This document shows positions 26,066 to 35,395 of a stretch of DNA of 64,000 nt, one piece after another. The DNA is from Solirubrobacterales bacterium. Lineage in GTDB: Bacteria > Actinomycetota > Thermoleophilia > Solirubrobacterales > 70-9. Every line of letters starts with the position of its first letter. Position 1 is the first letter of the stretch. The translations under genes and the position numbers were made by a program. The notes under the pieces are model-generated. The model made no database searches. It saw nothing but the letters and a program-made list of their open reading frames with translations, and had not been told where the DNA came from. The DNA lies in assembly GCA_036494495.1 (NCBI GenBank), contig DASXOF010000133.1, positions 3,315 through 67,314 of the forward strand. The letters are read 5' to 3'.

Positions 26066-26112
26066 GGTCCCATCCTCGCCGATCCGACCTCGACCGCGGT
26101 TACAAGTACGGG

Positions 26113-26637
26113 ATGGCCGCCGTCGCGATCCGGGTCCCCAGCGTCGAAGCGTTGTTCGACGCCTGGAGCCCGGAGCCGCTGGCGCGGCGGCCGCTCAACG
26201 ACGAGGCCCGCAGCCGCATCGTCGACGCCTGGATCGAAGCGAGCAAGCGCAAGCGCCATCCCGACGGCCTCGAGCTGACCCTCCCGGCCGGCGAGCGCGC
26301 CGAGGGCCTCGAGCAGTCGATCCTCGCCGCGATCCGCCGCGACATGGAGGCGATGCGGGTCGACGCCCGCCACCACTGGATCCGCCGCGCCGTCGCCCCG
26401 CGCGAGAGCCGGATCGGCTTCCTCGTCTTCATCTCCGCCCTGGTCGTCGCCGGGCTGATCGACTACGGCAGCGAGGAAGGCAGCCTCAGCACGATGCTCT
26501 CGCAGACCTTCGTCGTCCTCGCCTGGGTTGCCCTCTGGGGCCCGGCCTACCGGCTGATGACCTCGGCCTCCTGGCGCCTCGGCCGCCGCTCCTTCGCCGA
26601 GATCGCCGAGGCCGAGATCGAGATCCGCTGGGCCTGA
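26113..26637 (+). CDS. hypothetical membrane protein
   Basis: ATG 26113 begins MAAVAIRVPSVEALF. Two TM segments lie near the C-terminus. GC3 is high and no family was recognised. Confidence 0.5.
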   Translation: MAAVAIRVPSVEALFDAWSPEPLARRPLNDEARSRIVDAWIEASKRKRHPDGLELTLPAGERAEGLEQSILAAIRRDMEAMRVDARHHWIRRAVAPRESRIGFLVFISALVVAGLIDYGSEEGSLSTMLSQTFVVLAWVALWGPAYRLMTSASWRLGRRSFAEIAEAEIEIRWA

Positions 26638-26641
26638 ACGG

Positions 26642-27025
26642 CTAGAGGTCCTCCTCGATCTCGTCGGCTTTGGCGCCGTGGACGCGGGCGCGCTGGCGCT
26701 CGCTCTCGACCCGCTCCTCGGCCCGCTCGGACTCCTCGGCGAGCTGGTCGGCCTGCTCGCGGCGCTGCTTCGCCTGGCGCTCGAGCCGCTCGGCCTCGGC
26801 CGCCCGCTGCGCCGCCGCGGCCTCGCGCTCGCGGCTCTCCTGCTCGAGGGTGGCGGCTCTGGCGGCGTGGCTCTCGGCCTCGTCGCGGTGCGCGTCGGCC
26901 TTTTCGCTCAGGCGCTCGCGTTCGAGCCGTTTGCGCTCGGCGGCGCGGCGCGCGGCGAGCGCGGCGACGGCGAGCAGCACCAGCACGACGACGACGACGA
27001 TCACGACGATGAGCACGGTTGACAT
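26642..27025 (-). CDS. single-pass membrane protein with Arg/Glu-rich coiled coil
   Basis: The product begins MSTVLIVVIVVVVVLVLLAVAAL and continues with about 100 aa of charged helix. Confidence 0.5.
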   Translation of the reverse strand: MSTVLIVVIVVVVVLVLLAVAALAARRAAERKRLERERLSEKADAHRDEAESHAARAATLEQESREREAAAAQRAAEAERLERQAKQRREQADQLAEESERAEERVESERQRARVHGAKADEIEEDL

Positions 27026-27078
27026 CGGTTGCTCCCCTCGTTGGCGGACCGGATCGGTCTCCCTTAGCGGAGCTTCGG

Positions 27079-28017
27079 CTACCCCTCCTGGCGGCCCGGA
27101 AACAGCTCGGCGCAGATGCGGGCGACGTGGCGCTGGTCGGTCCCACAGCAGCCGCCGACGACGCGGAGGTCGGGCAGCGCGGGCGCGAGGGCGGCGTATT
27201 CGCGGCCGAGCTCCGCCGGGTCGCCGCTGTCGAGGCCGTCGGCTTCATCGAGCTCGGCGTGGCTGCGGCGCGAGGCATTGGCGCGGATGCCGGCGATCCG
27301 GCCGACCCACTCGCCGCCGGCCTCGAGCTCGGCGGCGAAGTGGCTCGGGTGGGCGCAGTTGATCATCAGGTACTCGGCGCCGGCGCCGGTCTCGGCGTCG
27401 AGCCGCGCCACCGCCTCGGCCAGCGGCTCGCCGCTCGGCAGCCGCCCGTCGGTCTCGACCGTGAACGAGATCGAGACCGGGATGCCGGCCGCCGCGGCGG
27501 CGCCGACGATTCCGATCGCCTCCTCGACGTAGGTCAGGGTGTAGGCGGCGATCATCTCGGCGCCGGCCTCGGCGAGCGTCCCGACCTGGGCCGAGTGGTA
27601 CTGCTCGGCGGCATCCGCGCTCAGCAGCCGCTCGGGCCGGTAGGCGTCGTCCTCGGGGCCGACGACGCCGCAGACGGCGATCGGCGCCTCCGCGGTCTGC
27701 CACCGGTCGCGCAGGCCCTGGGCGAACGCGACCGCGTCGCGGTTGACCGCGGCCAGCCGCTCGGGCGAGTAGCCGAGCCGCTCGCCCCACCTGGCGCTGG
27801 CCCGCCACGTCGGCGTGTCGAGGGTGAAGCCGACCTCGTGCCGGCGGGCGAGCTCGAAGAAGCTCTCGTAGTAGGAGCGCAGCAGCTGCCGCCCGCGCTC
27901 GTCCTCGAGCAGGACGAAGGCGGCGAACTCCGGCAGCTCGACCCCCTCGACGAAGATCATCGTCGTCTCCATGCCGCCGTCGCCGATGAAGGCGCGGCTG
28001 CCGTCCGGGATCGCCAT
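27079..28017 (-). CDS. homocysteine S-methyltransferase family protein
   Basis: The product has a Hcy-binding domain layout and the zinc-ligand motif VVGGCCGT near the C-terminus. Confidence 0.85.
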   Translation of the reverse strand: MAIPDGSRAFIGDGGMETTMIFVEGVELPEFAAFVLLEDERGRQLLRSYYESFFELARRHEVGFTLDTPTWRASARWGERLGYSPERLAAVNRDAVAFAQGLRDRWQTAEAPIAVCGVVGPEDDAYRPERLLSADAAEQYHSAQVGTLAEAGAEMIAAYTLTYVEEAIGIVGAAAAAGIPVSISFTVETDGRLPSGEPLAEAVARLDAETGAGAEYLMINCAHPSHFAAELEAGGEWVGRIAGIRANASRRSHAELDEADGLDSGDPAELGREYAALAPALPDLRVVGGCCGTDQRHVARICAELFPGRQEG

Positions 28018-28067
28018 CGCTCCATCGTAGATGCGCCGACCGGCCCTCGGGGTAGCTTCAGCCGGCG

Positions 28068-28790
28068 ATGACGCCGCCGCCTGAGATCGGGCCGCGCCCC
28101 GGCTGGCTGCTGGACGAGCTCGGCTCCGCCGGCCGCGAGAACCTCGACCCCGCGCACGTCGCCCGCTATGACGAGAAGGAGGACGCCGACGCGGCCGCCG
28201 AGGTGGCGCTGCTGGAGGGGCTGGGCCTCGGGCCGGACTCGACGCTGGTCGAGCTCGGGCCGGGCACCGGGCAATTCACGCTGGCGGCGGCGGGGCGCTG
28301 CCGGCGGCTGGTCGCGGTCGACGTCTCGGCGCCGATGCTGGAGCGGCTGGGCGGCAAGCTCGCCGCCGCCGGGGTCGAGAACGTCGAGGTCGTCCGCGCC
28401 GGCTTCCTCAGCTACGAGCACGCCGGCCCGCCTGCCGACTTCGCCTACTCGCGCTACGCCCTCCACCACCTGCCCGACTTCTGGAAGGCGGTGGCGCTGG
28501 CGCGACTGCGGGCGCTTCTGCGGCCGGGCGGCGTGCTGCGGCTCTGGGACGTGGTCTTCGACTTCGAGCCGGCCGCGGCCGGGGCGCGGATCGAGGCCTG
28601 GTGCGCGAGCGGCGGCGAGAGCGCCGAGGGCGGCTGGAGCCGGGCCGAGCTGGAGGAGCACGTCCGCGACGAGCACTCGACCTTCACCTGGCTGCTCGAG
28701 CCGCTGATCGAGCGTTGCGGCTTTGCGATCGAGGCCGCCGAGCGCTCCGAGGACGGGATCTTCGCCCGTTACGTCTGCCGCGCGGCCTGA
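28068..28790 (+). CDS. class I SAM-dependent methyltransferase
   Basis: SAM motif I is LVELGPGTGQFT and the remainder has a Rossmann-like layout. Confidence 0.8.
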   Translation: MTPPPEIGPRPGWLLDELGSAGRENLDPAHVARYDEKEDADAAAEVALLEGLGLGPDSTLVELGPGTGQFTLAAAGRCRRLVAVDVSAPMLERLGGKLAAAGVENVEVVRAGFLSYEHAGPPADFAYSRYALHHLPDFWKAVALARLRALLRPGGVLRLWDVVFDFEPAAAGARIEAWCASGGESAEGGWSRAELEEHVRDEHSTFTWLLEPLIERCGFAIEAAERSEDGIFARYVCRAA

Positions 28791-29581
28791 CGGTGCCGCC
28801 CCCACCAGCCCTGGGTCCAGGCGAACCAGGTGGCGCCGGCGATCACCCCGATGCAGGCGACGAAGAAGTTGAGGCGCAGGCCGAGGATGTAGTGGGAGGG
28901 GTCGACCCGCAGCAGCTCCTCGAAGATGCGGAAGGCCGAGTAGCCGGTGACGTAGAGGGCGAAGAGGCCCGGCGGGCGGATGTCGCGGTGGCGGCCGAGC
29001 CAGATGAGGAAGCCGGCGAGGGCGAGGTCCCAGGCGGCCTCGTAGAAGAAGGTCGGCTGGAAGGTGGCGTACTGCCTATAGCCCTCGGGGCGGTGGGCGG
29101 GGTCGATTTCGACCGCCCAGGGCAGGGTCGACGGCTTGCCGTAGAGCTCCTGGTTCAGGTAGTTTCCGAAGCGCCCGATCGCCTGCGCCACCAGCAGCGC
29201 CGGCGCCACCGCGTCGAGCCCCAGCGAGACCGAGGCGCCGCTGCGGCGGAAGCGCCAGATCCCGACCAGGACCGCGGCGCCGAATGCCCCCCAGCTGCCG
29301 AGGCCGCCGTGCCAGACCGCGAACGGGCCCCACCAGTGGTCGGGGATTTCGTCGCTGCTGGTGAGGTCGAAGTAGATCCGGCCGCCGATGATCCCGGCCG
29401 GCACCGCCCAGAGGACGGCGTCGAAGATCTCGTCGCTCTTGCCGCCGACGGCCTCCCAGCGGCGGACCAGGATGAAGAGCCCGACGATCAGGGCGAGCGC
29501 GTAGGTGAGCCCGTAGAAGTGGAGTTCGAAGGGGCCGACCTCGAAGTCGTTGATGGAGGGGCTGGGGATGTACGCGTACAT
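28769..29581 (-). CDS. lgt: prolipoprotein diacylglyceryl transferase
   Basis: ATG 29581 begins MYAYIPSPSINDFEVGPFELHFYGL. The Lgt signature is GRFGNYLNQELYG. Only the last 270 codons of track ORF 28769..30301 are used. Confidence 0.88.
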   Translation of the reverse strand: MYAYIPSPSINDFEVGPFELHFYGLTYALALIVGLFILVRRWEAVGGKSDEIFDAVLWAVPAGIIGGRIYFDLTSSDEIPDHWWGPFAVWHGGLGSWGAFGAAVLVGIWRFRRSGASVSLGLDAVAPALLVAQAIGRFGNYLNQELYGKPSTLPWAVEIDPAHRPEGYRQYATFQPTFFYEAAWDLALAGFLIWLGRHRDIRPPGLFALYVTGYSAFRIFEELLRVDPSHYILGLRLNFFVACIGVIAGATWFAWTQGWWGRHRQAARQT

Positions 29582-29623
29582 CGGGGGCGCGCTGACCCTA
29601 GATGATTGATCTAGGCTCGGCCG

Positions 29624-30304
29624 GTGCGCGAGGCGACGATCGGCCAGCCGCTGACCAGGGCGCTGCTGGTCCTGACCTTCACCACCGGCCTGATCGACGC
29701 GGCCAGCTTCCTCGGCCTCGGCAGCGTCTTCGTCGCCAACATGACCGGCAACGTCCTCTTCCTCGGCTTCGGCATCGCCGGCAGCGGCGACCTGCCGGTG
29801 GTGGCGCCGCTCGTCTCGCTCGCCGCCTTCCTCGCCGGCGCCACGGTCGGCGGCCGCCTGGCGGCGGGGCCGGAGCGGGCCCTCTACCTCTCGCGGGCGA
29901 TGCTGATCGAGGTCGGCCTGATCCTCCTCGCCCTGCTCTGGACGCTCGTCGTCGACGTCACCCCCGGCCGCTTCTCGGCCGACCTGGCGATCGCCCTGCT
30001 CGCCTTCGCGATGGGCAGCCGCAACGCCAGCGTGCGCCGGCTCACCGTCGCCGAGCCGGCGACGCTGGTGCTGACCACCACCCTGACCGGGCTGGCGGCG
30101 GAGTCGAGCCTCGGCGGCGGCGAGGGCAGCGGCACCGGGCGCCGCGCCCTGGCGGTCGTGGCGATGCTGCTGGGAGCGATCGCCGGCGCCCTGCTGCTGA
30201 AGGTCGACCTCAGCCTCGACCTGGCGCTGGCGGCTCTGCTCGGGCTTGCGACCTGGCTGATCTTCGTGCCGGCTGCACGAATCGGCGCGCGCGCCGAGCA
30301 ATAG
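29624..30304 (+). CDS. DUF1275/YoaK-family membrane protein
   Basis: The product carries LLVLTFTTGLIDAASFLGLGSVFVANMTGNVLFLGFG and is multi-TM. Confidence 0.7.
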   Translation: MREATIGQPLTRALLVLTFTTGLIDAASFLGLGSVFVANMTGNVLFLGFGIAGSGDLPVVAPLVSLAAFLAGATVGGRLAAGPERALYLSRAMLIEVGLILLALLWTLVVDVTPGRFSADLAIALLAFAMGSRNASVRRLTVAEPATLVLTTTLTGLAAESSLGGGEGSGTGRRALAVVAMLLGAIAGALLLKVDLSLDLALAALLGLATWLIFVPAARIGARAEQ

Positions 30305-30338
30305 GCTCCCCAGCCAGTCGCTACACAGTTACATTTGT

Positions 30339-31976
30339 GTGATCTCGCAGGGGATCGCGAAGACCATCTCGCTCGTCGCTCTGGCGGCAATCGTCGCCGT
30401 GCTCGGCCTCGGCGGCTGCGGCAGCTCCTCCGACGCGCCGCAGGACGGGACCCTGCACGGCGTCACCGTGACCTTCCCCGACTACCTCGACCCGGCGCTC
30501 TCGCTCTCGATCGAAGGGGTGAGCGCGATGTGGAACACCTACCTGCCGCTGCTCACCTACGTCCATGCCGACGGCGCCGCCGGCACCAAGCTGATCCCCG
30601 GGCTGGCACGGGCGCTGCCGCGGATCGGCGACGGTGGCCGCACCTACACGCTGTTCCTGCGCCAGGGCCTGCGCTACTCGGACGGGACGCCGGTGCGGGC
30701 CTCGGACTTCAGCCACGAGATCGAACGCGTCCTCGCCCTCAGCTCCGGCGGCTCGGGCTTCTTCGACGACATCGTCGGTGCCGAACGCTTCCAGGAAACC
30801 AAGCACGGCGGCATCGCCGGGATCCGGACCGACGACGGCAGCGGCCGGATCACGATCCACCTGCGCGAACCGAGCGGCACCTTCACCTACGAGCTGGCGA
30901 CGCTGTTCGCGGCGCCGGTCCCGGGCGACACCCCGGACGAAGACATGACCGCCGACCCGCCGCCCGCCACCGGGCCCTACGAAATCGTCTCCACCCGGCC
31001 CGGTCGCAGCTGGGAATACCGCCGCAACCCCGAATGGGCCGCGCACAACGCGAAGCTGTTGCCGCAGCTGCCGAGCGGCCACTACGACCGGATCGAGATC
31101 GACGTCGTCACCAACCCGCAGACCGAGGTCAACGACGTCGAAAAAGGCAAGGCCGACTGGATGGTGAACCCGCCGCCGAGCGAGCGGATCGGGTCGCTGC
31201 GGCAGGACTTCGACGAACAGCTGGTGGTGACGCCGCAGATCAGCGTCTTCTACTTCTGGATGAACACCTCGGCGCCGCCGTTCGACGACGTCCGCGTGCG
31301 GCGCGCGGTCAACTACGCGATCGACCCGCGGGCGCTGGCCCGGATCTACGCCGGCCAGGTGGCGCCGATGCAGCAGATCCTGCCGCCGGCGATGCCGGGC
31401 CACGTCGCCTACACGCCGTTCCCGCACGACCTGGCGAAGGCGAAGGAACTGATGGCGGCGGCCGATCCGAAGGACCGCCAGATCGACGTCTGGACCAACA
31501 GCTACCCGGCCAACCTCGAAGCCGGTGAGTACTACGAAGGCGTGCTGCGCGAACTCGGCTTCGAACCGAAGCTGAAGACGCTGGACCCGGCCAACTACTT
31601 CACGGTGATCGGCAACCTCAGCACGCCCGACCTCGACACCGGCTGGGGCAACTGGCTGCTCGACTACCCGCACCCGAACGACTACTTCGAACCGCAGCTG
31701 ACCAAGGACGGGATCCAGCAGACCAACAACACCAACTGGGCCCAGTTCGACGACCCCGCCCTCTCGGCCGAAGTGGCGCGGCTGCGGCGGGAGCCGCTCG
31801 GGCCGGCGCAGAAGCGGGCCTACGCGCGGCTCGACCGCGAGTACATGCGGCAGGCGCCGTGGGCGCCGTTCGGGACGATCGCCTTCAACACCTTCGTCTC
31901 CTCGGCGATCGAAGCCGACGACGTGGTCGTCAGTCCGATCTACGGCCAGGACCTGGCCAGCTTCCAGCCGAAGTAG
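30339..31976 (+). CDS. ABC transporter substrate-binding lipoprotein, family 5 (peptide/nickel type), orphan
   Basis: The lipobox is LGLGGCGSS. The 545-aa product has an SBP_bac_5-like layout. No permease or ATPase gene is adjacent. Confidence 0.8.
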   Translation: MISQGIAKTISLVALAAIVAVLGLGGCGSSSDAPQDGTLHGVTVTFPDYLDPALSLSIEGVSAMWNTYLPLLTYVHADGAAGTKLIPGLARALPRIGDGGRTYTLFLRQGLRYSDGTPVRASDFSHEIERVLALSSGGSGFFDDIVGAERFQETKHGGIAGIRTDDGSGRITIHLREPSGTFTYELATLFAAPVPGDTPDEDMTADPPPATGPYEIVSTRPGRSWEYRRNPEWAAHNAKLLPQLPSGHYDRIEIDVVTNPQTEVNDVEKGKADWMVNPPPSERIGSLRQDFDEQLVVTPQISVFYFWMNTSAPPFDDVRVRRAVNYAIDPRALARIYAGQVAPMQQILPPAMPGHVAYTPFPHDLAKAKELMAAADPKDRQIDVWTNSYPANLEAGEYYEGVLRELGFEPKLKTLDPANYFTVIGNLSTPDLDTGWGNWLLDYPHPNDYFEPQLTKDGIQQTNNTNWAQFDDPALSAEVARLRREPLGPAQKRAYARLDREYMRQAPWAPFGTIAFNTFVSSAIEADDVVVSPIYGQDLASFQPK

Positions 31977-31981
31977 GGGCG

Positions 31982-32437
31982 CTAGCGGAAGCGGACGATC
32001 GCGCGGCTCTGCTTGAAGCCGCCGTAGGACTGCGCGGTGCGGGCGACGGCGACGGCTGCGGCGCCGGGGCTGGCGAAGCCGGAGCCGACCGCGACGGCAA
32101 GGCGCTGGTGCGAGCCGGCGTAGAGCGAGAACGGCGTGGTCCGGGTCTGGCCGCCGCTCGAGAGGCTGACGGTGCCGCTGCAGAGGGAGTCGCGGGGGCC
32201 TTCGCATTCGACCGCGACCAGGGCCTGGGTGCCGACCAGGCGGGCGCTGCCGCCGGCGACGGAGAGGCTGGTCGCGGCGCCTCCGGGGATCTGGGTGCTG
32301 GCGAGGGCCGCGGCGGTGCCGGCGGTCACCTCGACGGCGGCAAAGCCCGGCAACAGCGCGGCCACCAGTAGACCGAGCGCGCCGCGCCGGGCTTTCCCTC
32401 CCCGAGTCCATTGCCTGACTGCGGTCATCGGCAGCAA
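31982..32437 (-). CDS. secreted hypothetical protein
   Basis: The 151-aa product has a signal-peptide-like N-terminus and a Cys pair (CEGPRDSLC). Confidence 0.45.
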   Translation of the reverse strand: MLPMTAVRQWTRGGKARRGALGLLVAALLPGFAAVEVTAGTAAALASTQIPGGAATSLSVAGGSARLVGTQALVAVECEGPRDSLCSGTVSLSSGGQTRTTPFSLYAGSHQRLAVAVGSGFASPGAAAVAVARTAQSYGGFKQSRAIVRFR

Positions 32438-32577
32438 CGATCTCAGGCCGCGGGCGACGGATGTTGAGCCAATCGCTACGAGATTCGTCCAGTTCGAGAC
32501 CGGAGGCTCAAGTGCGCATCGGCTGAGTTTCGGGCCGAGCGCTCAAGGCTGGGCCGCCCGCGCCGATCACCTCGGGG

Positions 32578-34242
32578 ATGGCATCGCTCTCCACCTCGGC
32601 GCGGCGGTTCTCGGCCGCCCTCTCGCTGACGCTGCTCGCCGCCCTCCTCGCCGCTGCCCCCGGTGCCGCGGCGAAGCCGAGCTGCGGCGGCAAGCCGGCG
32701 ACGATCGTCTCCAACGCGGCCCGCATCGTCGGCACCAAGGCACCCGACGTGATCGTCGCCGGGCCGGGCGACAACACGATCCTCGGCGAAGGCGGCAACG
32801 ACCTGATCTGCGCCGGCGACGGCAACGACACCGTCTACGGCGGTCGCGGCGACGACAGCGTCTACGGCGAAGAAGGCAACGACTCGCTCTACGGCGAACG
32901 CGGCTCCGACCACCTCGACGGGGGCGGCGGCGAAGACCTGGTTGCCGGCGAAAGCGGCAACGACACGCTCGAAGGCGGCGCGGGCAACGGCGACAGGGTC
33001 GACGGCGGCGCCGGCGACGACTCGCTCGGCGGCGGCGCCGGCGACTTCGACGTCCTCACCGGCGGCCCCGGCAACGACTCGATCGACGGCGGGCCCGGCG
33101 AGCACGACATCGCCTCCTACGCCGGCACCGGCGGCGCGGTGACGATCGACCTCGGCGCCCAGAGCGTGAGCGGCGCCGAGTCCGAGCACCTGAGCGGGAT
33201 CGAGGACGCGATCGGCGGCTCCGGCGACGACACGTTGATCGGTGACCCGGGCAGCGCCAACCGGCTCGACGGCGGCCCGGGCGACGACCAGCTGCAGGCC
33301 GTCGGGCCCGGCGACGAAGCATTCGGCGGCCCCGGCTCCGACCAGTGCGGCGGCGACTTCGCCGCGGAAGCCTCGTGTGGGCCGAGCCAGGGGCAGGCGG
33401 GGACGGCGGTCGAGCTCTACGAAAGCGTCGACGGCTCCTCGAGCCTGATCGTCACCGGCGGCAAAGGGGTCGACGCGGTGACGGTCTCCGCCGGCGGCGG
33501 CGCCTACACGGTCCAGGGCGAAGCGGGCGGCTCCCAGGTCCTGCTCGGCGACCCGGGCTCGAGCGCCTGCAGCCGCAACGCCGCCGCCAACTCGGTCTCC
33601 TGCAGCGGCGCGGTCGACTCGATCCTCGCCTCGCTCGACGGCGGCAACGACAGCTTCACGGTCGACCCCAGCGTCCCCGCGGGCGTCTCCGCGGTGATCG
33701 ACGGCGGCCCCGGCAGCGACACCCTGCGGGGCGGCGCCGGCAGCGACGTCATCTACGGCGGCGAGGACCACGAACCCGACACGCTCGAAGGCGGCGGCGG
33801 CAACGACGTCCTCTACGGGGTCAACATCTTCCACCCGCGCAAGGACTCGGGCGCGGCGACGATGGTCGGCGGCCCCGGCGACGATTTGATGATCGGCGGC
33901 CAGCCCTGCGACGGCGACAGCTTCGACGGCGGGCCCGGCGACAACGACAGCGCCTCCTTCGCCCGCGTCCACAACACCGGCATCTCGGTCGAGGCGACGA
34001 TCGGCGGCGCCGTCCTCGACCCCGACGTCCCCGGCTGCAACGCCGGCCACATCGACTCCAGCACCGAGAAGATCGAGGGCTCCCCCGGCCCCGACATCCT
34101 CAGCGGCGACAACGGCCCCAACGTCCTGCTCGGCCGCGGCGGCGACGACCAGCTCGACGGCGAGGGCGGCGACGACTCCTGCATCGGCGGCGGCGGCAAC
34201 GACACGGCCAAAGCCTGCGAGAGCGTCGCCTCGGTGCCGTAG
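32578..34242 (+). CDS. secreted calcium-binding beta-roll (RTX-like GGxGxD repeat) protein
   Basis: A Sec-type signal (LTLLAALLAAAPGAAA) is followed by more than 15 nonapeptide-like repeats (GGNDLICAGDGNDTVYGGRGDDSVYGEEGNDSLYG...). A second repeat block lies near the C-terminus. Confidence 0.8.
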   Translation: MASLSTSARRFSAALSLTLLAALLAAAPGAAAKPSCGGKPATIVSNAARIVGTKAPDVIVAGPGDNTILGEGGNDLICAGDGNDTVYGGRGDDSVYGEEGNDSLYGERGSDHLDGGGGEDLVAGESGNDTLEGGAGNGDRVDGGAGDDSLGGGAGDFDVLTGGPGNDSIDGGPGEHDIASYAGTGGAVTIDLGAQSVSGAESEHLSGIEDAIGGSGDDTLIGDPGSANRLDGGPGDDQLQAVGPGDEAFGGPGSDQCGGDFAAEASCGPSQGQAGTAVELYESVDGSSSLIVTGGKGVDAVTVSAGGGAYTVQGEAGGSQVLLGDPGSSACSRNAAANSVSCSGAVDSILASLDGGNDSFTVDPSVPAGVSAVIDGGPGSDTLRGGAGSDVIYGGEDHEPDTLEGGGGNDVLYGVNIFHPRKDSGAATMVGGPGDDLMIGGQPCDGDSFDGGPGDNDSASFARVHNTGISVEATIGGAVLDPDVPGCNAGHIDSSTEKIEGSPGPDILSGDNGPNVLLGRGGDDQLDGEGGDDSCIGGGGNDTAKACESVASVP

Positions 34243-34260
34243 CGGCCCAGCCGCCCAACC

Positions 34261-34307
34261 ACGCGTCTGCGATTTGCCGTCTATATGGCGGCAAATCGCA
34301 GACGCGT
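34261..34307. repeat. 47-nt palindromic intergenic element, copy 2 (bidirectional terminator-like)
   Basis: The sequence is acgcgtctgcgatttgccgtc-tatat-ggcggcaaatcgcagacgcgt. It sits between the convergent stops at 34242 and 34348. The stem extends to about 23 bp when the flanking cc/gg are included. Confidence 0.85.
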
Positions 34308-34347
34308 GGCCGCTCCGCGGACGGGACCCTGGGAGCGCGGCGGCGGC

Positions 34348-35115
34348 TCAGACCTTGTAGCCGCCGTCGACGCTGATCACCTGGCCGGTGATGCCGGCGC
34401 CTGCGGGGCTGGCGAGGAGGACCGCCATCGGGACCAGCTCCTCGGGGTCGAGGACGCGGCCCTGGACGCTCTGCGCCTCGGCTTTGACCGCGGCCGCGGC
34501 GGCGCCGCCGGACCCGCCCCAGTTGAGCAGCTCGGTGTCGGTCCATCCCGGGCAGAGGCAGTTGACCGTGACCTGCGGCGGCACCTGGCAGGCGAGGGCG
34601 CGGGTGAAGCCGACGAGGCCGTGCTTGCCGGCGCTGTAGCCGAGGGTGCCGCCGCCGTGGGTGGCGTAGCCGGAGCCGATGCTGAGCACGCGGCCGTAGC
34701 CGCCGGCGACCATCGGCGGCAGCGCCGCCCGGGTCGCGTAGTAGGCGCTGGTCAGGTTGAGGAAGAGGTTGCGCTCGAACAGCTCGTCGTCGTGCTCGAG
34801 GGCACCGAGCTGCGCCGGCTCGCCGACCAGCCCGCCAACGTTATTGACCAGCACGTCGAGCCGCCCGAACCGCTCCCCCACCCCGGCCACCGCCGCTTTC
34901 AGCGCCGGCCCGTCCATGCAGTCGACGACCAGCGCCAGCCCCTCGCCGCCGCGCTCGCGCGCCGCCGCGGCGACCTGCTCGAGCTCGGACCCGGTGCGGG
35001 AGACGACCGCGACCGTCGCGCCCTCGGCCGCGAGGCCGAGGGCGATCGCCCGGCCGATCCCGCGGCCGCCGCCGGTGACGACCGCGACCTGGTCGCGCAG
35101 GGCGTCGCCGCTCAC
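34348..35115 (-). CDS. SDR family oxidoreductase
   Basis: GTG 35115 begins VSGDALRDQVAVVTGGGRGIGRAI. Motifs present are NNVG and YSAGK. Confidence 0.85.
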   Translation of the reverse strand: MSGDALRDQVAVVTGGGRGIGRAIALGLAAEGATVAVVSRTGSELEQVAAAARERGGEGLALVVDCMDGPALKAAVAGVGERFGRLDVLVNNVGGLVGEPAQLGALEHDDELFERNLFLNLTSAYYATRAALPPMVAGGYGRVLSIGSGYATHGGGTLGYSAGKHGLVGFTRALACQVPPQVTVNCLCPGWTDTELLNWGGSGGAAAAAVKAEAQSVQGRVLDPEELVPMAVLLASPAGAGITGQVISVDGGYKV

Positions 35116-35303
35116 CGCTCGGGCCCTCTCGCCGGCTCTGCCTCGTCGACCCTCCACATCGACCCAAGTTACGCCCGCCCCGATGGCCCGGCCCGACCGG
35201 GGCCGCAGCTCCTGGTCGATTCGCACAGGCGCAACCGGGTAGGGAGGACGGGCGCCGCGCAAGGAAACCGATCCGAACGCAACCCACGAAGCAAGGAGAA
35301 GCA

Positions 35304-35378
35304 ATGACCATCGTCTGGATCCTCATCGTCATCGTCCTCGTTCTGCTGGTGATCGGCCTCGCCCGCCGCGTCCTCTGA
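35304..35378 (+). CDS. 24-aa hydrophobic micropeptide (not in ORF track)
   Basis: The SD AAGGAG (35293-35298) lies 5 nt before ATG 35304. The product is MTIVWILIVIVLVLLVIGLARRVL and the stop is TGA 35376-35378. The next gene starts 18 nt downstream. Confidence 0.5.
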   Translation: MTIVWILIVIVLVLLVIGLARRVL

Positions 35379-35395
35379 GCGGCTGAGGTCGGTAG

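Noticed and set aside
19965-34307. The two palindromic repeat copies as terminal inverted repeats of a 14-kb mobile element or genomic island next to a tRNA.
   Set aside because: No integrase, transposase or recombinase gene lies between or beside them, and no direct repeat of the tRNA 3' end was seen. The interior holds housekeeping genes (lspA, lgt, tag, ABC transporter) with the same GC content and codon style as the flanks. Each copy sits exactly at gene ends like a terminator.
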